Shown one piece after another: positions 15,501-28,157 of a DNA stretch of 64,000 nucleotides. Positions within the stretch are counted from its first letter, which is position 1, and every line of letters starts with the position of its first letter. The stretch is from the NCBI RefSeq assembly GCF_902459465.1, contig NC_047063.1:17856001-17920000 (forward strand). The letters run 5' to 3'. This stretch comes from Asterias rubens (taxonomy: Eukaryota). The notes below the pieces were generated by a model. That model did no database searches. It was not told the DNA's origin and was given only the letters and a program-made list of their open reading frames with translations. A program made the translations under genes and the position numbers.

Positions 15501-18500
15501 GAACCTGGCTTTAAACTAAGGAATATTTGTTCCCAGTTTTTCTTCAGAATCCACACGCTTCAGAAATAATGTCGGATTTTGTTTTGTTCCCATTCAGGCC
15601 TTACATTCTTAAGATGTGTAAAAAGGAACAGAACTCAAAACCACCTGATGAAGATGTATCATCAGATGATCAGGTAAAATAATTATTTTCGTAATAAAAT
15701 TAACCCTCCTACTCTGTAACCATTTATATCATCCTACTGTGGTTTTGATTGGTAGATAAACTGTGCTTGCCTCCAATATGAGATACAGTGCACTACTAAC
15801 CCTTTCTTACTTATTGACCATTCAGTATCATCTGATTTTAGGGTTGGATGTTACGTTATATTTTCAATCCCACACTTTGCTTTTTATGCTACCACACCTG
15901 TGGTTTGTTGTTTTGAGACTGTGTTTTTTATTCTTTTATGGAAGGCATTTGAGGACAAACCAACCCCAAAGTCATCAACAACTCTAACGAGCCATTTCAC
16001 TGCTATGAAATCTTCCCGAATCTTCGCACCCGCCATCACCAAACAAACAATCAAGTCTTCAATCTCCTCGGACGACTTGAACCGATCGAGTGAAGAAAAC
16101 GTAAGCCCGAAGAGGAAACCACCAGGTACTCCGGGAAACCAGCCGAATTGGAAGGTGATTGATTCACCGCTGGCCGGAGGGGACTTTGCCGGTGCGGTGG
16201 ACGAAGAGAGTGCGGAGGAGATGGGGCAGTCAGTTGCATCTACGAGTAGCAGTCCAGCCACGGGTCAATTGACGCCAGGGGGGAGCCGAGATAAAGGTAT
16301 GTAAATGATATGGTGGCCCTGAAGGGTCCTCATTGCATATAAATAGCAAAAATTTTGGGTTGAACAAAGAAAAATTTACAAGAGCGGAGTAGAATCATCA
16401 ACCTGCGGATTAACAGAACCAAAAGGTCGAAGCTATGGTTTCCCCCAAAAACATGTTTTGAGATGTGTTTCATAATTGAGAACAAGCATCTGCTTGTTTG
16501 AGTTTAATTGGGAGGCTGTTCCAAGTTTTACAGTAAGGTACCAATGCGCTTTACATTAGTGCCCAGGGGTGAATTTCACAAAGAGTTGGGACTACTTGGG
16601 ACCTCTCTTGTGTACATTTTACCTTGTACAGGTGTGTATATAAATATTGCTGTGCGTACTTTTTAATCCATGCAAGAAACATATTTTTATACCTGATATT
16701 CTTAATTAATATTTTTATCTGTCTGTGTGCTGTTATACAATTTTCAGTGTTTTTGTCTGTACTGTTAAATCAAGGCCAGTTTTAATTTCCCGAGTGTGGG
16801 ATAATAAAGTTCTTATCTTATCTTATCTTATCTTACTTGTATCTCGAGTTAGGATGAGTTACCTTACTTAGGACTAGCCTTAAGTTTTTTATAGCTCCTA
16901 GGACTAATCCTAAGTTAGGACTAGTCCTAAGTTAGGACTAGTCCTAAGTTCTTCGTGAAATTGACTCCTGGTCATTTGGTCAAATCTCATGCCTTCCTGG
17001 GGAGCATACAGCCCTAGGCTGTCATGGTGCTCAGAAGGCTTTTCAAACTCAAAATCAACCTTGGTAAAGATAACCAATTATAGTAAAGCATCTTGCTCAA
17101 GGACACAAGTGATGACTGGGATTTGAACCCACACTCAAATGACTTCAGGCCCCACAGGCCCCGATTACGAGAATGATAAAAACGCACGCCCTCGATTGGT
17201 TGAATTGCTCTTCGCAGAATTATCCCATGCTTATTCAACCAATCGAGGGCGTGCATTTTTATTGTTCTCATTTTCGTTCTTGTCATCGGGGCCTGTGTGA
17301 CGGGCCTTAAAGCCATTGGACACTTTCGGTAAACAGTATTGTCCAAGGTCCACACTTCGTGTATCACAACTTATATATAAAATAACAAACCTGTGAAAAT
17401 TGAGGCTCAATTGGTCATCGGAGTTGGGAGAAAACAACGGGAAAACCCACCCTTGTTTCCGCACGTTTCGCCGTGTCATGACCTGTATTTAAAATAAATC
17501 CGTAATTCTCATTATCGAGAATTCACATTTTTTTATGTTTTCTCAAAAAGTAAAGCATTTCATTGAATAATATTTCAAGAGATGTCTTTGACCATTACCT
17601 TCTGTAAGTTATTTGTAAATCTGTGAACTTTTAATTTTTGTTCTGCTCCAAAAGTGTCCAATGGCTTTACACCCCCTTTGAACTGTTTTATTTTTCTCCT
17701 GTTTCTCTCTCTTTCTGTAGCTGTGTGCCCAGTGTGTGGAGTTCCTGTCACTGCCAAGTATATTAATACTCATCTAGACGCATGCTTGAATCGGACTGAG
17801 CAACCAAAAACCAGGTAGGGAGGGAGTCTTACCCTTGTCTACAGGCCTGTAATTTGTCAGTTTTTCCCCCTGATTTCATGGATCATCCTTTGCCATAAAA
17901 CAAATAATGTAGAGGGGTTCTAAAGCTTAATTTGGTTTTGTAATGCAGTCATTGTCCGATAGAAACAGTCCTTAGGAAAAAAAGGGAAATGTTCTGATAA
18001 TTTTATATTTTTGTGTACATTTATTTGCACACCTATACATACATCTTTTCCCCAATCACCCCTGGTAGGGGGGAATTCAATGATAAACCATTTAGAGTGT
18101 CCCAGATTGTTCCTCAGCAGGGCTTTTAAAAGCAAAGACAAACAGTAACCAACAAGAAAAAAAACATCCAAATGAGAACCTCATTCAAATTCAGCATGCT
18201 TAGGTCAAACTTACAAAATTTGGTTCAAGGATGACCCACAGTTTTGAAAATTTCTTCCTGGCAAGATCTCTAAAAAGGTCATGATTTTTGTTTTCTTGAC
18301 ACTCCTGTCAACACTGTACTGCTGGCTTGCATCGCTGATTTAATTAATTTATAGCTAGCAACGTTAATCTGATTAAAACCTTACTCATTCTTTATCTCTT
18401 TTTTTTTTTTTTCAGAACCCCAAAAAGGAAACCCATCCCGCCGATGCTATGGAAACTTGTGCCCGAAAAAGACATCCGGAAGAAACTCAAAGAGAACAAT

Positions 18501-21432
18501 TTATCAACAAAAGGAAAGCGTTATGTGAGTACCCAAGGCTCCCTTACGCCTTTGTTACTCAAACCCTCTCTGCACCTTAAATAACTGTCCAATTATTCAA
18601 AACTTTAATTTCTTCAACCAAACTGGAAAATGTTGATGTTTAAAACAATTTTCAAGAGCACCTGTATGTTAATCTGGTGGTGGCAGATTCAAAACCAATT
18701 AATTTTTTTTTTTTTTTCTTCAAATTTACCAGGTCGATTTGTTGTATAACACTTGATATTCAAAATATAAATTTGTATCCCCACAAGGTGATTTCCTGAA
18801 TACCGCTTCCAAGGTAAACTTCCGGAGGTTGCGGGTTTAAGTCCCGCCTGTGTCATTATTTCTTTGTTCAACAACAAAAATATTTACACGTTTTACTCAG
18901 TCAGTTTCCATTGTGGCGATTAAATTGTTGTTTGTGTTCTTGATGTTCAGGACCTCGTTAAGAGGCTGGATGAGTTCATATTGATGTATAACGCACAGTG
19001 TGATTCATCAAACCCAAAATCTGGTGAGTCCTTTTCAAATTTGGGGGCATGTAAACTTATATATTTTTACAAAACTAAACTTGGGCGATATCGATTTATT
19101 TTATTCACGATATATCGCCGACAATATATCGCGATATTCGATATAATCGCGATCAATTAAATTTGACATCTTCAGTCTTCAAACTCCCAGTGAAAGTTGT
19201 AGAAGAGACAGTCATAGCATAAGAGAGGTGATCTAATGACCTATTCTTCTGGTTTTACTCCAAACCTATAGGGTGCAAGATGTCTCAGCTAGGAAATACA
19301 TCGCGATATTGCGATACTTAATCGATTTCGCAACATATCGATATTTCGATTAAAACCAAATCGATCCGATATCGAAATCGTTTCCAAATTAGTATTGCGA
19401 TATTCGATAATATCGTGATATCGCCCAAGCTTATACATAACCACATAACTTCAAATAAAACAAAATTCTCAAAATGCTGTGTACTATTGAAAGCTACTGT
19501 TAGCCTCTAACCTAAGGGTTTTCAATGCTAATGACATTCAAAATTGCTTCCTTGTCACACTATTTTAGGGTTGGAAATTGCCAAAGAAGTTGAGCGCCTT
19601 GAACAATTAAAAAGCCAGCCCAAAGAGCGGAAGGAAGTACTTGTACATGTGAGTATTGTTCCCATCAGAGGGTGGGGTAGGAAGATTGTTTGGGTGATGA
19701 AATTGTCCATCTTATATCTTGCTGTTTTTAGAATGAGTCAGACTAAACAGATTTAAACCACTTTTCATAGTACTGGTTGTGTTTGTGTTATTTTCAAAAT
19801 TCTTATTTTGAGCATGATAGGGCACTCAGATTACCTGCCGTTACCTCTGTGGCCTCGGTTTGAATCCAAAACCAGAGACGGCTTTCTGTTCCTAGAACTA
19901 TACGGAAGCCTGGGGATAGGTCATTTGCCATGGCTGCCTCGCGTCTATGGAATGAACTTCCGCCGGTCTGCGGGAAGCAATCTTGTTGCCTATACTCAAA
20001 TGCCTCCTGAAGACATTTCTGTTTCCCAACTCATCCTAGTGCATTTGTTTTTTCTTTTTCTCCTCGTCTCCTGTAAAGTGCTCTGTTCTCAGTAGAGCGC
20101 TATATAAGGGCTTAATATTTTATTATTATGTGGATTGGGTTTTCATTGCCTACCTAGGATTTCCATATTTAGTGTTTTCCTCCCATGTCTAAAACTGACA
20201 ATGTCTAAAACTGACATTTCTTCATCATCTTATCTTCACAAATCTTAAGGACTACAGGTCATGGTGCTAGTCACTTTTGATGTCCCTTGGTTTCATGATC
20301 AGAGAGATAAAATTACAACTAGTAACTAATAAAATACATTTCTTTAAAGTTTCAGGTTTGCAATTTTCAGCTGATCACGGTCCAATTCCATGGCTCTGCT
20401 TAGTGTGGATTTCTGCGCTTGGTAGCGCCTAGTAAAGCACATAATTCTATGGGCCATAATTGTAGATTTTTCGCAGAAAGCAGAGGCGTGAAAAAGACCG
20501 ATCCAGTCTACAATGCACGTTTGAGCAAGAACACGCGGGGCTCTCCAATGCCTTTCTGCACAACTCTGTCGTGCGCGCCAAGATACGCAGACGCATGTCG
20601 GACCTTATTTGTCGGACCTTTGTTGCGTTGTGATTGGTCAATACGCATGGGGCGGAGCTTAATGGATCGGTCTTTTGGGCTGAGCTAGTTGCCTCATTCA
20701 GGTCTCTCAGCGGTGCCAATGGAAAATCGAAAAACAAAGTACCAAGATTTTTCTGTGCCGATATTTTTGAATTAATTTGACAAACTGCAGTTGGAAGTTT
20801 ATGTCAAGTTTAAATTTACTTCCTTGTTTCATTTAACAGAAACTCAAGATCAAGGATGGTCTTACTGAAGAAGAGTTACAAACGTCTCAAAAAGAATACA
20901 GTAAGATTTTTGATTGTTTTTTCTTTTTCTCGTTTCACAACCAAAATTCCACAGGATGCTAAAAATGTCAATTGAGAAATGTATTGTCAGTAATTCTTTA
21001 TAGCTGTTTAACCTTAAAGGTCGTAGATTTCTAAATACTTCAAAAACTAATGAAGATAAAAACTTCCTTTAAGAGAAGCATCACAACCATTGTGGGTTCG
21101 AATCCCCAGCCGTGACACTGGTGTCCTTAAGCAAGACACTTAACCATTGTTTCGTCCTTCGGATGGGACGTAAAGCCGTTGGTCCAATTTGCTGTGCGAT
21201 GCATGTAAAAGAACCCAGTGCACTTATAAAAAGAAGAAGGGGTTTGCCCCAGTGTTTCTGGCTGTGGCTGCTTTATGTGCCGTAGCACTTTGTAAACCCT
21301 TATATTAAAAGTGCTACATAATTGGGTCTCAGAACCCACCACTGCAATTACCTATCTTTCTGAAAGTTTGTATTTATACTCAGCGCCTTGAGTACCTTGT
21401 TTGGTAGATACGTGCGCTATATAAGACTTCGA

Positions 21433-21478
<46 letters not shown>

Positions 21479-24400
21479 GTAAACCCTTATAAGGTGCTTA
21501 TTAATTGGGTCTCTTTTGTGGCTTGAAGTGTTTTTAATGTTTTATGGTAGATAATAATTTTATGTAAATTTTGTAAATTTGTTGTATAAAAGGCCGAAAT
21601 GAATTTCCCATCGTGGATAATAAAGTGATTTGAAATTTGAATCACTGCAATAACCTATCTTTCTGTATAAGTGTGTATACTAAGTGCCTTGAGTACCTTG
21701 TTAGTAAGTAGATATGTGCACTATATAAGACTTTGATATTATTATTATTATTATTGATAGTATACACATAATGAATGTTTATGAGTGCAATGGTTCGAAT
21801 ATGTTCATGAGTTGAAAGATGGAATGTTCTATTCAACGAGGCGGAGCCGAGTTGAATGGAACATTCCAGCTTTCAACGAATGAACATATTCGCACCATTG
21901 CACGAATGAAAAACATTCATTATTTGTTTTATATAACATCCAAGTAGAACTTTGTCATTTTGATTGAAAGAAACAACTTTCAAAACAAACAATTTCAACT
22001 GTAGAAGCCGAATGCTAGTAATTTTACTATGCCTTCTTGCAGTAACACCTGCTGCGTTACCAAAGACACGCGCACGCAGTGATGTTTTTACTCAGCTTTT
22101 TCGTTCCATCCGAAAAGTACCATTGCACGCTGGCAGCGTGCCAGCGTGCAATGGTACTTTTCGGATGGAACGAAAAAGCACGGCGAGTGACTCAGCGTGC
22201 AATGGTACTTTTATTTGCTATCACGTGACGGACAATCCTCCAATCAAATGGCAAGGATCTGCTTGGGTGTTATATAATATGAACTATTTCCAGAAAGATT
22301 CATGGTCGTGACGCACATGCTCTTGGCAGTCATCTTAACACACATTGTAAAATTTGAATCCTAGTTGTATACTGTTTCGCAGGATATTCATCACCTGCTA
22401 ATCACAAAGAAAATATCAAATTTCTTTCGTTTCCAATTTCTTATTCTTCTGCCTCCAGTGACAGCTCATAAGAATCAGTTTGGCAAACTCATTGCTCAGG
22501 CGAGGGAGAGGATGAAAAAATCCAAGACCAAAAGTCAGAAATCTGCATCTCAGTCCAGTCAGGATTCCTCTCCAGACACTATGGGTACAGAGACGCTGTC
22601 GTCATTGCCCCAAGATGCTTCCCAAGACGTGGCAAACACCAAGGAGGATGCTCCCTGCTCGGATTTAAATCCGAAGGAGGATACCAATGATAAAGATGAT
22701 GTTGTTATTGAAGAGGATAATACTAACAAGGTCAGAATCATGGATCTAGGTTTACCATCTGTGTCGAAACGTAAAGATGGGAAGAAAAAGAGAAAGAGAT
22801 TGGGGAAGTTGGTGTCGGATGGGAGGAGCCGGGAGCAGGAGATCCAAGACGGCGTCAGCCAAGAATCGGACCTGGAGTTATCAGAGAGGAGTCAGAAGCT
22901 TAAGCCAGGTAGGCTTGTTGTTATCCTAATAATTCCCAAACGATTTGAATACATTCAAGCTTTTGATTAGTTTTTAGTGGCGTGTTCTTTGCTCTTGATG
23001 AAATGAAAACGATCAAAACTCAGTGGATTGACCAAGTAGAAGTAACCTACACCTATCTGGCTGTCTAAATCTTTCAACACTTGCATTTTATTTTGTAGAA
23101 TTACAACTAGGCATGAACTATTACTGACCTTTTAAAAAACGAAGAAGTACTTGGCATTTCAAAGTCTTAACCATTTCAATATTGGAACGTAAGTGTTCAG
23201 TTATTATTGTTTAACCATTTTACTTTTTAATAATTGGTACATGTAGCAATTTAGTATTAATGAGCCCAAATAATATTTTAGTGCAAGAGAATTAACATCT
23301 CGGCCTAATCGTATATATTTATTTTTAACTAGGGTAGCACCATCAGTTATAAATAAACTGTTCTCCCTGGAGAATTATCGTGAACTAATCCCTGTATTTT
23401 ATGGTGTTGCTACAGGTTTATTGGCTGCTTTATCTGGGTTGGATGTTCAGGAATCAGAAGGTGAAGTCCTCGCTCCGTCCTCGCCCAGTTTGGCATCAAG
23501 GGATGGGCTGGAGGATACCACCCAGCAACTAGGAACCCCATCAGAGGTAGGTTTAATGGTTACGACACTCCTGTCACCCTTGTTCCTTAAAAGTGTATTT
23601 TCCTAATCTTAAACTTAATCCTAATACTAATCTAATTGTGACCTCAGCTTGTAGATAACAAGGGGTTTTTCAGAACACATGACTGTTGTTGGGTGTCGTG
23701 GTTGTTGTGGGGTTGTCGTGGTCAAGCGGATAAGAGCACCGAATTCAAACCCTGCTGGTTCTGTTCAGCAGACTGTGGGTTAGAATCCCAGTCGTGACAC
23801 TTGTGTTCCTGAGCAAGAGACTGAACTATAATTACTTCTCTCGACCCAGGGGTAAATTGGGTACCTGTGAGGGCAGAGATGGGTCTTGTGATTGATTTAG
23901 CCGAGTAGCGTATTACTCCCCAGGGAGCTGAGATGGTTTAAGGAATGATTTAAGGCCCAGTGACCAGGGGTAATAATTTGAAGCGCTTTGAGTGAAAAGG
24001 CGCTACATGTATTTAAAACTTAATACTAAATAGAGCAGTCAGTGGTTTTATAATAGCTCATTTGTAAAATGTAAATTAGGAACAAGAGTAATAACTTAAA
24101 AAGCATGTTCTTGACTTCATTTTGCTCTTCCCAGAACTGCAGTAAAAAAAGACTCAGCTCAAGAACTGATCCTGCGCAAGATATGCAAGATCCACTCTGT
24201 ATTCCAGAAAGGTACGATCAAGTTAACAAGTAATAATTATTGTGTTAATTTAATTATTTATGAGAGAATGTTCCTACTAGTTTCCTGCATTGCACTATTG
24301 GCATGAATTTGAAACTTTATCAATTTTGTGTAAGAATTTAAAGAGAATTTCCAATAGTATGTAATTTTGAGAGGTTTGATTATTTGTAGAGATATCAACA

Positions 24401-24722
24401 AATAAATGTTTAGTGTATACCCCCCCCTAAACGCACTGTATAAGAATATTTTGTTAGCTCTACCCGTCCTTTATACTGTAATAGCTTAAACCAAGACCCC
24501 AGAAAACTTCAATTATTTAGAAATCTAGTCTAGTATTTTGCCACAAAAAAACCTTATCAGAATGTTTGTATTTCTAACAGTCCACAGGCTGTGGTTGTGC
24601 ATAAGAGGCGACGTAAACGCAAGCAGCAAGATGGTGGCAGTAATGCCAGTGACAGTGGCAGCTCATTTGGAGACAGTGAGACATTAAGACGAAGCAAAAG
24701 AGACAGAAAAACAACCAAGTAG
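12509..24722 (+). CDS. RAD18: E3 ubiquitin ligase RAD18 (RING, UBZ4, SAP, Rad6-binding region), 14 exons, about 636 aa
   Basis: Exons 12509-12559, 14081-14162, 14566-14698, 15598-15673, 15945-16296, 17721-17814, 18416-18524, 18951-19023, 19569-19648, 20840-20900, 22459-22908, 23416-23546, 24135-24211, 24581-24722, all phases compatible. RING: TIDNLLRCSICFEYLNIAMIIPACSHNYCSLCIRRYLKYKRQCPSC. UBZ: CPVCGVPVTAKYINTHLDAC. SAP: KKLKENNLSTKGKRYDLVKRL followed by YNAQCDS. Rad6-binding-like: HKNQFGKLIAQARE. The C-terminal exons are less conserved. Confidence 0.95.
13369..13488. repeat. 54-bp inverted duplication (hairpin) of a tRNA-derived SINE fragment
   Basis: Arms 13369-13422 and 13435-13488 with one G/T mismatch and a 12-nt loop. 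Contains the B-box-like ggttcgaatccc. Related single copies at about 16350-16420 and 18810-18880. Confidence 0.9.
14233..14440 (+). mobile_element. tRNA-derived SINE with A-rich tail
   Basis: A-box-like tggccgagtggttaag, a degenerate B box, and a poly(A) tail at about 14421-14442. Related copies at about 9235-9350 (-), 17085-17135 (-), 21085-21478 and 23716-24010. Confidence 0.75.
15005..15142. mobile_element. Harbinger/PIF-like MITE
   Basis: tta|ggccgggtccgaatt...aattcggatacggcc|tta, with GGC termini and a 3-bp TTA target duplication. Confidence 0.7.
15362..15510. mobile_element. MITE with about 26-bp TIRs
   Basis: gcccggttcatacttcctgcgaatgc / gcattcgcagaaagtatgaacctggc. Confidence 0.7.
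16563..16970. mobile_element. MITE (TIR ccaggggtgaatttcacaaagag) with internal ttaggactagtcctaag repeats and a nested LINE-like tail
   Basis: A compact copy with perfect 23-bp TIRs is at 44981-45151. This copy also carries a nested segment at about 16600-16836 ending in aataaag(ttctta/tctta)n. Confidence 0.75.
17152..17299. mobile_element. Palindromic Harbinger-like MITE
   Basis: A full copy at 33315-33492 has aggcccggtcaca...tgtgaccgggcct termini with a TAA target duplication. Confidence 0.8.
17307..17669 (+). mobile_element. TTAA-flanked MITE, family B (Kolobok-like)
   Basis: ttaaagccattggacactttcgg...ccaaaagtgtccaatggcttta. Copies at 27009-27383 and 28747-29100. Confidence 0.85.
19077..19434. 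mobile_element. Non-autonomous DNA transposon with CGATA-rich subterminal repeats
   Basis: TIR aaacttgggcgatatc / gatatcgcccaagctta, with many cgata motifs near both ends. Confidence 0.7.
19800..20128 (+). mobile_element. L2/CR1-type LINE 3' end fragment
   Basis: Reads SVPRTIRKPGDRSFAMAASRLWNELP...LKCLLKTFLFP, which matches the C-terminal motif of L2/CR1 ORF2. It is followed by a gcgctatataag/ATT tail. Confidence 0.8.
21085..21478 (+). mobile_element. tRNA-derived SINE with central gtgtccttaagcaagacacttaac domain and (ATT)n tail
   Basis: B box gggttcgaatccc and an (ATT)n run at about 21433-21478. The 3' part is duplicated at about 21642-21755 and 29300-29460. Confidence 0.8.
22095..22179. 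repeat. Perfect 41-bp inverted repeat with 3-nt loop
   Basis: Arm gctttttcgttccatccgaaaagtaccattgcacgctggca (22095-22135), loop gcg, exact reverse complement at 22139-22179. Confidence 0.95.
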
Positions 24723-25311
24723 TCTCACTTGGAAGAAACACTTTAAGACCTAACTTGAGATTAAGGAAAAATAAATTTAACAGCAAGAAGTTTTATAGTT
24801 TTAAAATAAACGGTTCACTAGTTCCCTTCATTCAAAGTGCTACCTGTAATTTAAAGGAAGAGCAAGTGAATACTCCTAAAAATAATGGCCTTAAAAACAA
24901 ATGACTTAGTGAGAAGGACCTTAGCTGTTGAAAGTCTCAGGGCTTGAGCCTAAGATCTTTTAATGTATCGAAAATGTTTTAAAGAGACCTTAATCAATAC
25001 CAAAATAAGAAAGTATCTTTCGATACTTATCAGACCCGAAGTCAACATTGAACATCAAACTGCTGTTTTTGAGTCTGCATACTATTTTATAGGTCAACTT
25101 CTGCATTCGTACAGAATTGTCATTATGCATTTTACTCTTGCAATTATTTGAATGAGAAATTACATGCTATACGAATACGTCACAACATGAAAACAAATAA
25201 ACAAGTTTTGCCCGCTAAGCGCAGCGTAAAAAATGCATATTACAATAGTTCACCTCTAAAAATACAATCGAGGTGTGTTATTAAACACATATTGACTGGC
25301 ATAATTCAGTA

Positions 25312-25454
25312 ACTAGTGTACGTCTATTCCCCCTCGGGCCTGTGAGTGATCAGAAGAGGGACCTTTATCCCTTGGCCTTCGACTTCGGCCTCGGGAAATA
25401 GGTCCCTACTCAGCTGGTTATTCAAAGCCCCTCTGGGGAATAGGCGTACACAAG
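25312..25454. mobile_element. Small MITE
   Basis: TIR actagtgtacgtctattcccc / ggggaataggcgtacacaagt. Confidence 0.65.
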
Positions 25455-26287
25455 TTAGTTGCCTCACAGCTGTCAATATACATTCCTGAATGTGGCTGAA
25501 AATACTTACCTAGTAATGATTTTGTTATTGTTAATAATTCGTCCAAAGCATATTTGTTAAATGTGTGATTTTTTTTACAGATAGCCAACTTTTTGTGGGA
25601 CCAGCGACGATTCAGTGAATTAAACAAACGATTCTTTGAACTCAATTCAGTGATGTATTTAGATTTTTATTCAGAAAACCTAAATTTGTTAAACACCATT
25701 ACAAGGGCAATTACAATATCTAAATTTTTTTATTTTTTTTATTTTTACATTATATACAAATATACAAAATGACTTTATCAGACCAAATTTCCAAGACAAG
25801 ATTTCACAAAACTCAGTGTATCTAAAGGGCTTTGCTTTATGGAACCATTTGATTGTGGACACTATTGGTAATTACTCAAAATAATTATTAGCATAAAACC
25901 TTACTTGGTAACGAGTAATGGGGAGCTGTTGATATAGTATAAAACATTCTGAGAACTGGCTCCCTCTTTTGAGACCTCAGATTTAGAATTTGAGGTCTTT
26001 GTGTGACAAGGGTGTTTTTTCTTTCATTTTTATCATGTTTGTTATTTTATGCATATGTTGAGATACACCAAGTAAGGGGACTGGTCTTTGACAATTACCA
26101 TAGTGTCCAGTGTCTTGAACTATTGAGGGTACTTTTGAACACTTGGTTGACATACCATAAAATTATCCATTGATGACAGAGTTTTGAGCGTCTGTACATT
26201 TCCAAGAACAATGCAGTAGGGAATCCTACTGCCGCCTAGCATCAAAGAAAGTCTACAATTTAAGACTGGCAAAGCACAAACATTTGT

Positions 26288-26662
26288 TTAAAGGCAGTGG
26301 ACACTATTGGTAATTACTCAAAATAATTATTAGCACGAAACCTTACTTGGTAACGAGTAATGGGGAGAGGTTGGTAGTATAAAACATTGTGAGAAACCTG
26401 AAGTGGAGTAGTTTTCGAGAAAGAAGTAATTTTCCACGAATTTGATTTTGTGACCTCAAGTTTAGAACTTGAGGTCTCGAAATCAACCATCTAAACACAC
26501 ACAACTTCGTGTGACAAGGGTGTTTTTTCTTTCATTATCTCGCAACTTCGATGACCAATTGAGCTCAAATTTTCACAGGTTTGTTATTTCATGCATATGT
26601 TGAGATACACCAAGTGAGAAGACTGGTCTTTGACAATAACCAATAGTGTCCACTGCCTTTAA
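26288..26662 (+). mobile_element. Family A Kolobok-like MITE, full copy (about 370 bp, TTAA target duplication)
   Basis: ttaa|aggcagtggacactattggt...accaatagtgtccactgcct|ttaa. Other copies at about 25855-26118, 28368-28578, 30827-31207, 39458-39842 (rev), 43285-43609, 45800-46037 (rev), 46871-47412 (rev), 48445-48819 and 56089-56446. TTAA duplication with AG..CT termini fits Kolobok better than piggyBac. Confidence 0.9.
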
Positions 26663-28157
26663 AAAAATTCTGCTTCACAGAAAAGGAGTACAGACCCAAA
26701 AAACAATGTGATGCGCATTGTTTTTTGACTGGTTCCAACTGTACTGTTTGCTTGGCATGATTATTGCTCTCAGTCTTAGAGATTCCGCAACCCCCCCCCC
26801 CCCCCCCCCCCAACCATTGAAAAGACTTTTTAAGAAGTGTATACCGATTGATGTACATTATTTATAAATATCAAGAGTTAAACAAAACAAACTGAAATTT
26901 TAAGCTTATTTCTTTGTACTCCAGTAACGCAAACCGTCCCAAAATCATATTTAGGAGTGGATCTTATTCAATTTGAAGGGAGTGATTGGGTCAACATTGC
27001 ATCATGTGTTAAAGCCATTGGAAACTTTCGGTAAACAGTGTTGTCCAAGGCCCACACTTCGTGTACCACAACTTATATATAAAATAACAAACCTGTGAAA
27101 ATTTACGCTCAAATCGGTCATCGGAGTCGGGAGAAAATAACGGTAAAACCCACCCTTGTTTCCCCACGTTTCGCCGTGTAATGACATGTGTTTAAAATAA
27201 ATTTGTAATTCTCGCTATCGAGAATTGATATTGTTTTAATGTTTTCTCAAAAAGTAAAGCATGTCATGGAATAATATTTCAAGATAAGTCTTTCACCATT
27301 ACCTTCTGTAAACCCTGTAAATTATTTGTAAATCTGTAAACTTTTAATTCTTTTTCTGTACCGAAAGTGTATAATGGCATTAAGCGCCGGTTAAAGTTAC
27401 AGTTACACTGTGATTCAATTGAAGTGCAGCGTACTTGCATGTACCTATCCTGGATGTTATTTCCTGGATGTCAAAATCGTATACAAACATGCACAGAAGA
27501 GAGTCGACACCTAAAATACTACGCATTGTTCGGAGGCCATTCTTTATTGTGTAAGAAGAAATCAATAGCGCCCCCTTGCATATCGCGAAATGCTACAGGT
27601 ACGCCGATGTTTATGCGCCTGTTTTTACGCACAGAGAACAGCTATTGTCCAATGATCGCCTCCTTTTTGAGAGTGTGACGTCAAATACAATGGGTCTATA
27701 CGCACTGTGAATCACAGAGAAGACTGCACTGGTCGATGATGTTACATGCACAAGAACAACACAGTGTTGACTGGTAGATATGGATTAATTCATAGTTCTA
27801 GTCACTTTGTTGAGGCGCATTGACCCCTTTACAAATAGGAAATACCTATGCAGTCTGGGATATGATGCGTTGTTCGGGATGTTCGTCATGCAGAGCATAC
27901 GTGCAAAGCTAACTCGCAAACTGCCCTAAAATGCATCATAATCACCACTTCCTGCCAATCTGTAAAGGGTCTATGAATAATGCGAGACACCGGCCTTTAG
28001 ATCCTGCTGTTCCTGCCAGATGTAACCTTTGACCTAGTATGCCATAGTACTGTCTGGTAGTTATGCCTCATCGCATATGCCTATGCAATAACACCACTTA
28101 GTTTGTAAAGACCAGTCTATCCATGTCCAGCCTGAAAATGGTAGAGGGCGCTGTTTC

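Noticed and set aside
22731-22736. Alternative RAD18 donor aag|gtcaga
   Set aside because: It is phase 0, whereas the next exon needs phase 1. The donor at 22908 keeps the frame.
26791-26811. Poly-C/G runs as functional G-quadruplexes (also about 52650 and 58110-58140)
   Set aside because: Homopolymer runs recur without any pattern and their lengths are assembly-sensitive.
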